Below are positions 26,956-32,000 of a stretch of DNA of 32,000 nucleotides, piece by piece (position 1 is the first letter of the stretch; every line of letters starts with the position of its first letter). The stretch is from Methanopyrus kandleri AV19 (GTDB lineage Archaea; JAADCQ01; Methanopyri; Methanopyrales; Methanopyraceae): the NCBI RefSeq assembly GCF_000007185.1, contig NC_003551.1, forward strand, positions 960,001 to 992,000, read 5' to 3'. The notes beneath the pieces were generated by a model. That model saw only the letters and a program-made list of their open reading frames with translations, ran no database searches and had not been told where the DNA came from. Made by a program: the position numbers and the translations under genes.

Positions 26956-27471
26956 TTGTGTAAATACCGAAAGGTATTGGGGGTATCGAGATCGCGCCTC
27001 AGCGGCCGCGCCCGTGACATCTTGGAACTGGTAGTGAACAACTCCGGGATCACCGTCTCGGAGATCTCGAGACGGTTAGGACTCCATAGAAGTACGCTGG
27101 ATCGATACGTCAAGATTCTCAAAGATCTAGGACTCGTCGAGACTAAACCGGGGCGTGGGGGTGGTGTCTATCCGACCAAGGACGCCGTTCTTCTCGTGCG
27201 ATCGGGTGGTAGGGTCACGATCGTCCGACGCGGTGGCGGTCGCGCGAGGATACTGATCGAGGCCGAAGATCGGCCGGGATTACTCGCCGACGTCACCAAC
27301 CGGTTGGCGAGCGCCGGCGTTAACATCTTAGAAACCGAGCTCAAGGTGGAAGAGGGAATCGCCATCATGGAATTCGAGGCGGAGAACGTCGTTCACGAGG
27401 AAGTCCTTCAGGAACTCGACGGACTGAGCGGTCTGATCCGCGTCGAAGTCGAACCGCGGGGGCGAAAGTAA
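26956..27471 (+). CDS. HTH + ACT domain transcriptional regulator (start uncertain: TTG 26956 or TTG 26977)
   Basis: HTH ITVSEISRRLGLHRSTLDRYVKILKDLGLVET; ACT domain RILIEAEDRPGLLADVTNRLASAGVNILETELKVEEGIAIMEFEAE. Confidence 0.82.
   Translation: MCKYRKVLGVSRSRLSGRARDILELVVNNSGITVSEISRRLGLHRSTLDRYVKILKDLGLVETKPGRGGGVYPTKDAVLLVRSGGRVTIVRRGGGRARILIEAEDRPGLLADVTNRLASAGVNILETELKVEEGIAIMEFEAENVVHEEVLQELDGLSGLIRVEVEPRGRK
26963..26978 (+). other. Perfect inverted repeat AATACC-GAAA-GGTATT in the divergent promoter/start region
   Basis: 6-bp arms are exact reverse complements around GAAA, followed by GGGGGTAT. Confidence 0.6.
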
Positions 27472-27574
27472 TCTGCCGCTCACTCCCGCCGAGGCGCTTC
27501 TGGAGATCCTAGGGACGGCTAACGTCCTAGTCCCGAGATCGTACAAACCCGGTAAAGCCACAGGCCGCGCAGCG

Positions 27575-28462
27575 GTGAACCGGTTCGCACTGTACGCCGT
27601 CCGCAAGGGACTAGGGTTCGAGGTCGAAGAGAGACCCGTCAGAGTCTACACCTCCTGGCGTGGGCTGTCGCTCGCGGTTCCCGGCGAGGAGACTACCTCC
27701 GATTACCGGGCGACGCCGAGGGGTCGGGACGTACCTCCTGAAGAGCTCGCGGAGGCAGTGCCCGACTATCCGGCCCGTCCGCATTTCGTGGTAGACTACC
27801 GGTTCTGGGGTGAGCATTCCGACTTCGGCCGCACCAACCTGATACGTCAAACCGCCGTGACAGCTTCGACGCTCCGACTGTACCTTTCGGACCGTCATAT
27901 GAGCTTGGTCAACGTCACCCCCGAAGCCGAGGAGAGGTTCCTGAATGCCTTTCCTTCCTTCGAGGGTGGGTTGTACGAGGACTGGGAGGACCTGATCGCC
28001 GAACTCAGTGTGGATAGGGTCATCCTCTTAGATCCCAACGCCGAGGAGGAACTCGACGAGAACGAGATACGCGAGGACGCCGTCTTCGTACTGGGTGGAA
28101 TTGTCGACGAGAATATGCGCGGATGGACTGCGAAGCTGGCTCCCGGCATCCCATGCGACGTTGAGCGGCGTCGTATCACGCTCAGGGGTAGCATCATCGG
28201 AGTTCCGGACAGGATCAACGCGCTCGTGGAAGCTCTCTCCCGTGTAATCGTCGAAGGTGAGTCGCTGGAGCGGGCGATCCTGCGGGTACAATCACCACGG
28301 TTCGCCAGACGACGTCTGAGCAGGGAACTGCGTAGGCTCGACAGGCTCACGGAGGAGGAGCTGCGCCGACTGCGAGAAGTAGTTAACCTCCCGAAGCGTG
28401 AGATACTGCTTGAGGCGCGCCGCCGGGGGATCGAGCTGAAGGTTGACCTGCAGGATGGCTGA
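27575..28462 (+). CDS. Trm10-like SPOUT tRNA N1-methyltransferase (start probably upstream of 27575)
   Basis: VDRVILLDPNAEEEL, DAVFVLGGIVDENMRGWTAKL, RRITLRGSIIGVPDRINALVEALSRVIVEGESLERAILRVQSPRFARRRL resemble archaeal Trm10. The coding-like sequence AEALLEILGTANVLVPRSYKPGKATGRAA lies directly upstream in frame. Confidence 0.65.
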   Translation: MNRFALYAVRKGLGFEVEERPVRVYTSWRGLSLAVPGEETTSDYRATPRGRDVPPEELAEAVPDYPARPHFVVDYRFWGEHSDFGRTNLIRQTAVTASTLRLYLSDRHMSLVNVTPEAEERFLNAFPSFEGGLYEDWEDLIAELSVDRVILLDPNAEEELDENEIREDAVFVLGGIVDENMRGWTAKLAPGIPCDVERRRITLRGSIIGVPDRINALVEALSRVIVEGESLERAILRVQSPRFARRRLSRELRRLDRLTEEELRRLREVVNLPKREILLEARRRGIELKVDLQDG

Positions 28463-29405
28463 GCTCGGGTACGAGAAGGCCGAGAGATGCGAGGTCGGAG
28501 AGAAGCCCGCCTGTAAAGTCGGCTTACGTGATGGGAAGCGGTTGATACACGACGCCCATCTATCGCGTCCCGAGCATTACTACTCCGTGTACCAGAGCTG
28601 CTGCAACTGGGAATGTTTGTTCTGCCATTCTTGGCGGTTCACACAGCGTCCCGTGGGTACGTGGTGGAGCCCCGAGGACTTCGTCCGGCACGCTCTGGAG
28701 TACCGTGAGACCGTCACAGTCTGGGAGCCGCGGAGCCGCGCCACATCGTTTCACGCCACGGATCTATGCCTGGGGTGCGGTCGGTGTGTGACGTTAGGCG
28801 AGAGGCCGGAGTGGTGCCCGGGCGAGTTGGACCCGGATCAAGTGGTCCCCAGCCCTCAAGGATGGGGGCCCGCACGCAACATCGTGGCGTTCACGGGCGG
28901 TGATATCGCGTGTCGTCCCGAGTTCTACGTCGAATCGATAAGGGGGCTCAAGTCCGAGACGGACGATCTCTGGGTCCTTCTCGAGACGAACGGGTTCGGG
29001 TTGGTCCGAGAGAACGTGGAAGAGCTAGTCGCCGCGGGTTTAGACGCCGTCTGGCTCGATGTGAAGGCGTGGAAGGAAGACGTGCATCGGAAACTGACGG
29101 GAGCGACGAACCGCTACACCCTCAAAGCGATCGAGTTACTCGTCGAGCACGACGTGGTCCTCGAGGTATGCACACTCTACATCCCCGGTTACGTGGAGGC
29201 CGATCAGATCCTCAGGATCGCTAAGTACGTGGCGGACATCGACCGGAATATTCCGTTCACGATCCTGGCGTACTTCCCCGAGTACAAGCTCTCCGTGAGA
29301 CCTCCAAAACGCTCCGAACTTGAGACCGCCGAGCGATTGGCGCGGGAGGTGGCCGGGCTGAAGAACGTGAAGATAGGCAACGAAGGTGTGGCACTACCGG
29401 GTTAA
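28455..29405 (+). CDS. Radical SAM protein (ATG 28455; overlaps the previous stop by 8 nt)
   Basis: CNWECLFCHSW (CxxxCxxC), extra cysteine motif CLGCGRCVTLGERPEWCPGE, NIVAFTGGDIACRPEF, AVWLDVKAWKEDVHRKLTG, LYIPGYVEADQILRIAKYV. Confidence 0.88.
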   Translation: MAELGYEKAERCEVGEKPACKVGLRDGKRLIHDAHLSRPEHYYSVYQSCCNWECLFCHSWRFTQRPVGTWWSPEDFVRHALEYRETVTVWEPRSRATSFHATDLCLGCGRCVTLGERPEWCPGELDPDQVVPSPQGWGPARNIVAFTGGDIACRPEFYVESIRGLKSETDDLWVLLETNGFGLVRENVEELVAAGLDAVWLDVKAWKEDVHRKLTGATNRYTLKAIELLVEHDVVLEVCTLYIPGYVEADQILRIAKYVADIDRNIPFTILAYFPEYKLSVRPPKRSELETAERLAREVAGLKNVKIGNEGVALPG

Positions 29406-29455
29406 CCGGGAAACACGCTACAAGAAGGAATAAACGCAATCCGTTCCCCCGCCGA

Positions 29456-29920
29456 ATGTGGGGGTGTTCGAAGGGATTGTCCGAGTCCGAAATCCGGTGT
29501 CCGTGTATCTGCAACGGGAAGTACCCGGCACCGGCGCTCACCGTGGACGGTATAGTCCCCTATCGTGGGGGTATCGTGCTGATACGACGGGGGAAGAAGC
29601 CCTTCAAGGGTAAGCTGGCGCTGCCCGGGGGATTCGTGGAGTGCGGTGAAACTGTGGAAGAAGCGGTAGCTCGTGAGGTCCGGGAGGAAACAGGACTCAA
29701 GGTTCGGCCTGTCGAGTTGGTGGGGGTGTACTCGGACCCCGGGCGTGATCCGCGGGGTCACGTCGTATCGGTGTGCTTCAGGTGTGAGGTAGTGGGAGGC
29801 GAGTTACGAGCGGGCTCGGACGCGGCGGATGTGAAGGTCGTAGACCCTTCGGACTTGACTCCCGATGACCTCGCGTTCGACCATTACGATATGCTTCGGG
29901 ACGCGGGGATCGTGCGTTGA
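29456..29920 (+). CDS. Nudix hydrolase (ADP-ribose pyrophosphatase-like) with an N-terminal cysteine motif
   Basis: Nudix box GGFVECGETVEEAVAREVREETGL (matches GX5EX7REUXEEXGU); N-terminal CPCICNGKYPAPALTVDGIV. Confidence 0.92.
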   Translation: MWGCSKGLSESEIRCPCICNGKYPAPALTVDGIVPYRGGIVLIRRGKKPFKGKLALPGGFVECGETVEEAVAREVREETGLKVRPVELVGVYSDPGRDPRGHVVSVCFRCEVVGGELRAGSDAADVKVVDPSDLTPDDLAFDHYDMLRDAGIVR

Positions 29921-30534
29921 AGAGGGGGTTGAAGATAGCAGCTTACGTAGCCGGTGGTCTGCTTCTGTGTACGGTGTCCGCGAACGCATTACTCGGTATG
30001 CGTGAGCCTCCGAGGTTCGCCGAGATCGACAACCCGAGCCTCGGGGATCGAGTATTTCTGGCGATTTCAGGCCTGGTGGTGGGCATCATGGGGGTCAGTA
30101 GGGGCATTTGGGAACTGAGGAACGTCGAACGGGTCCGGGCGGCGCTCGGTCTCCTGAAGAAGGCTGAACGCTACCTCGAAGAAGGTTCGGAGAGGATTCC
30201 GGCGAAGTACAACGCCGTGACCTACGCGCTGAGAGCCCTCAGATGTGTGAAGAACGCCGTCGAAATCCTTGAGGAGATGGAAGAGGAACTGGAAAGTCAG
30301 GAGCGAGAGCTGAAGGAAAAGGCGAAGGAGAAGGAAAAGGCGGAAAAAGAGGGGGAGGAAGAGAAGGTCGAGAAGCGGGGTAGTTCCGATGTACGAACCG
30401 CTGAAAGAAGGGACGGAGCCGGGGACGAGAATAGTGACGACAGGCGTAGTCGTGGGGACGGAACCGCTGACCGTGGACGACGGGAAGAGGATCGTGGAGT
30501 GTCCGACGGTGGGGGAAGTGAGGGTTCTGGATGA
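29917..30534 (+). CDS. Hypothetical membrane-anchored coiled-coil protein
   Basis: N-terminal TM (IAAYVAGGLLLCTVSANALL), second hydrophobic stretch, then a charged helix ending in a low-complexity D/R/G/E tail; 4-nt overlap with the Nudix gene. Confidence 0.6.
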   Translation: MKRGLKIAAYVAGGLLLCTVSANALLGMREPPRFAEIDNPSLGDRVFLAISGLVVGIMGVSRGIWELRNVERVRAALGLLKKAERYLEEGSERIPAKYNAVTYALRALRCVKNAVEILEEMEEELESQERELKEKAKEKEKAEKEGEEEKVEKRGSSDVRTAERRDGAGDENSDDRRSRGDGTADRGRREEDRGVSDGGGSEGSG

Positions 30535-30697
30535 GCGCGGTGTGGAAATCGAGGATCCCCCCGAGACAGGTGAGGTAGTACGGGTCTTCGGTTCGATCAC
30601 CGAGATCGGTGAGACCGTCAAGGTCGAGCCTCACGCGGTGCAGCGGTTGGGGATAGACCCGGAGTTGTGGAAGGACGTCCGGGAGGCGCTGGGGTAA
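30389..30697 (+). CDS. Small OB-fold-like protein
   Basis: GTRIVTTGVVVGTEPLTVDDGKRIVECPTVGEVRVLDERGVEIEDPPETGEVVRVFGSITEIGETVKVEP; upstream GGGG Shine-Dalgarno-like run. Confidence 0.65.
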   Translation: MYEPLKEGTEPGTRIVTTGVVVGTEPLTVDDGKRIVECPTVGEVRVLDERGVEIEDPPETGEVVRVFGSITEIGETVKVEPHAVQRLGIDPELWKDVREALG

Positions 30698-30698
30698 G

Positions 30699-30708
30699 GG
30701 TTTATCTT
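30699..30708 (+). promoter_or_regulatory. Probable TATA element (GGTTTATCTT) for the PCNA gene
   Basis: AT-rich box in GC-rich context, ~30-38 nt upstream of GTG 30737; adjoins the previous stop codon. Confidence 0.5.
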
Positions 30709-30736
30709 TCACACCCTCGCGCCAGAGTGCATCGGG

Positions 30737-31507
30737 GTGCTTAAGTTGGTGGAGTTCAGGGCCTACCAGGAGGAGGCTAGGTACTTCAAGTACGCGTTCA
30801 ACGCGGCGGGCAAGGTGGTCGAAGAGGCCCCCTTGATCGTGACGGAGAACGGGATCGTGTCCAGGGCGATGGATGCCTCGCATATCGCTATGGCAGTGCT
30901 GGAGATGCCCTGGGAGATGTTCGACGAGTACGAGCCCCCGAGCGACGAGCTGATGTACGGTCTCGACATGGAGGAGGTGACCCGGATAGTGCGGCGTGCG
31001 CGGGTTACGGACGAGATCACCCTGGAGGGTGAGGACGAGGAGGAGGTGATAATCAAACTCGGATCCAGCGGCTACGAGCGTGAGTTCAGGCTCCGGAGTA
31101 TCGACATCGATGACATCCCCGACGAGCCCGAGCTGGATTTCGCGGTCGAGGTTACCGTGGTGCCGGACTTCATCCAAGACGCCGTACGGGACGCGGATCT
31201 CGTCAGTGACACGGTCAAGGTCGGGGCGAAGGGTAACACGTTCTACTTCAAGGCCGAAGGAGAGCGTGGTCGCGTGATTCCGAAGGTTCAGGAAGGTGCG
31301 GAAGCGTTACTGACGTTCGAAGTCGAAGAGGATGTCGAGACCGCGTACCCGCTGGACTACCTGAAGGACATGATCCAGGCTGCTCAAGGCGCGGAGAGTG
31401 TTAGGATCAGACTAGGTCAGGACATGCCTTTGGAGCTGACATTCAGGATCGGTCCCGCAGGTGAAGGTAAGTTGACGTTCTACCTCGCGCCGCGAGTGGA
31501 GGAGTGA
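30737..31507 (+). CDS. pcn: DNA polymerase sliding clamp (PCNA), GTG start
   Basis: GIVSRAMDASHIAMAVLEMP, YPLDYLKDMIQAAQGAESVRIRLGQDMPLELTF, LTFYLAPRVEE. Confidence 0.95.
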   Translation: MLKLVEFRAYQEEARYFKYAFNAAGKVVEEAPLIVTENGIVSRAMDASHIAMAVLEMPWEMFDEYEPPSDELMYGLDMEEVTRIVRRARVTDEITLEGEDEEEVIIKLGSSGYEREFRLRSIDIDDIPDEPELDFAVEVTVVPDFIQDAVRDADLVSDTVKVGAKGNTFYFKAEGERGRVIPKVQEGAEALLTFEVEEDVETAYPLDYLKDMIQAAQGAESVRIRLGQDMPLELTFRIGPAGEGKLTFYLAPRVEE

Positions 31508-31570
31508 ACCCTTCCTCCTTCTCGCCAGAATCCCGCATTATCCGGGACAGGACCGTGGCTGGGTGGGGGA

Positions 31571-32000
31571 CTAGCCCCCGTACAAGTACCTGTCGAGGAG
31601 CGCTTTCGGGTACCCTACGTATGGTATCCTGAGAACCACCCTACCGCTGATCTCCTTGGGCCGGATCGGGCACCATGGATCGGGCAACGGGTTGTTGTCT
31701 CCCTTGGTGATGACGCCCTCCGGCGTTTTGGCTATCACCCTGTGAACCACTGGGATCGGTTTCCCAGGCAGCCGGTACACGATGACGTCTCCGACTTTGA
31801 TGTCACGGTACGGGACCCCGACGACCAGGAGCACGTCGCCGACGTTGTAGTACGGGTACATACTCTCGGAGATCACCGTGACCACCGGATCGGGCGTGCC
31901 CAGCACGAATCCGAGCCCGTACCTGAGGCCGTACCCCAGGGCCACTCCTAGGACCACGTAGAAGACCGCGGCTTTCCAGCCCCTGAGTTCTCTTACTTTC
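31571..32000 (-). CDS. Archaeal-type signal peptidase I, probably truncated at its N-terminus by the window edge
   Basis: Catalytic ISESMYPYYNVGDVLLV and VVHRVI, TKGDNNPLPDPW; the reading frame stays open to the edge (…VRELRGWKAAVFYVVLGVALGYGLRY), so the 31957 start in the track may be internal. Confidence 0.88.
   Translation of the reverse strand, partial: KVRELRGWKAAVFYVVLGVALGYGLRYGLGFVLGTPDPVVTVISESMYPYYNVGDVLLVVGVPYRDIKVGDVIVYRLPGKPIPVVHRVIAKTPEGVITKGDNNPLPDPWCPIRPKEISGRVVLRIPYVGYPKALLDRYLYGG

Noticed and set aside
30239-31177. 312-aa minus-strand ORF covering OB-fold and PCNA genes
   Set aside because: Antisense to PCNA and ends in a Pro/Phe/Ser low-complexity segment mirroring the K/E-rich coiled coil.
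1-32000. CRISPR, transposase, integrase, restriction-modification or toxin-antitoxin system
   Set aside because: No short regularly spaced direct repeats, terminal inverted repeats or matching protein motifs were seen; the region is a compact housekeeping backbone.

Overview
The window is a gene-dense, GC-rich archaeal chromosome segment. It looks like a hyperthermophilic methanogen, and the gene content and the 13-hairpin ATPase rotor subunit match what is known for Methanopyrus kandleri. Most of it is housekeeping: a RIO2-type kinase, an ~8-cluster polyferredoxin, a fumarylacetoacetate hydrolase-family protein, TiaS, an HTH-family regulator, the thermosome, SecF/SecD, a TrkH/TrkA K+ uptake pair, an A-type ATP synthase cluster (H-I-K-E-C-F-A, with no B or D following), TrmY, a thiamine-binding-type (MTH1187) protein, an unusual secreted duplicated protein, a TRAM protein, an ATP-grasp CoA-ligase-type subunit, an aminotransferase, an HTH+ACT regulator, a Trm10-like SPOUT protein, a radical SAM protein, a Nudix hydrolase, an OB-fold protein, PCNA and signal peptidase I. 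I see no CRISPR array, transposon, prophage or rRNA/tRNA gene. The most interesting signals are: (1) the 13-fold rotor gene, whose units 7-8-9 and 10-11-12 look like a duplicated three-hairpin block and whose units 3 and 5 share a 71-nt exact identity; (2) a structured leader before the polyferredoxin gene in which two mutually exclusive stems could hide or free the Shine-Dalgarno sequence; (3) a duplicated FEDG-D-DYND-type secreted protein; (4) a ~146-nt same-strand gene overlap between a membrane/coiled-coil gene and an OB-fold gene; (5) an HTH-family regulator that appears to have lost its usual central HTH and carries an HTH-like C-terminus.
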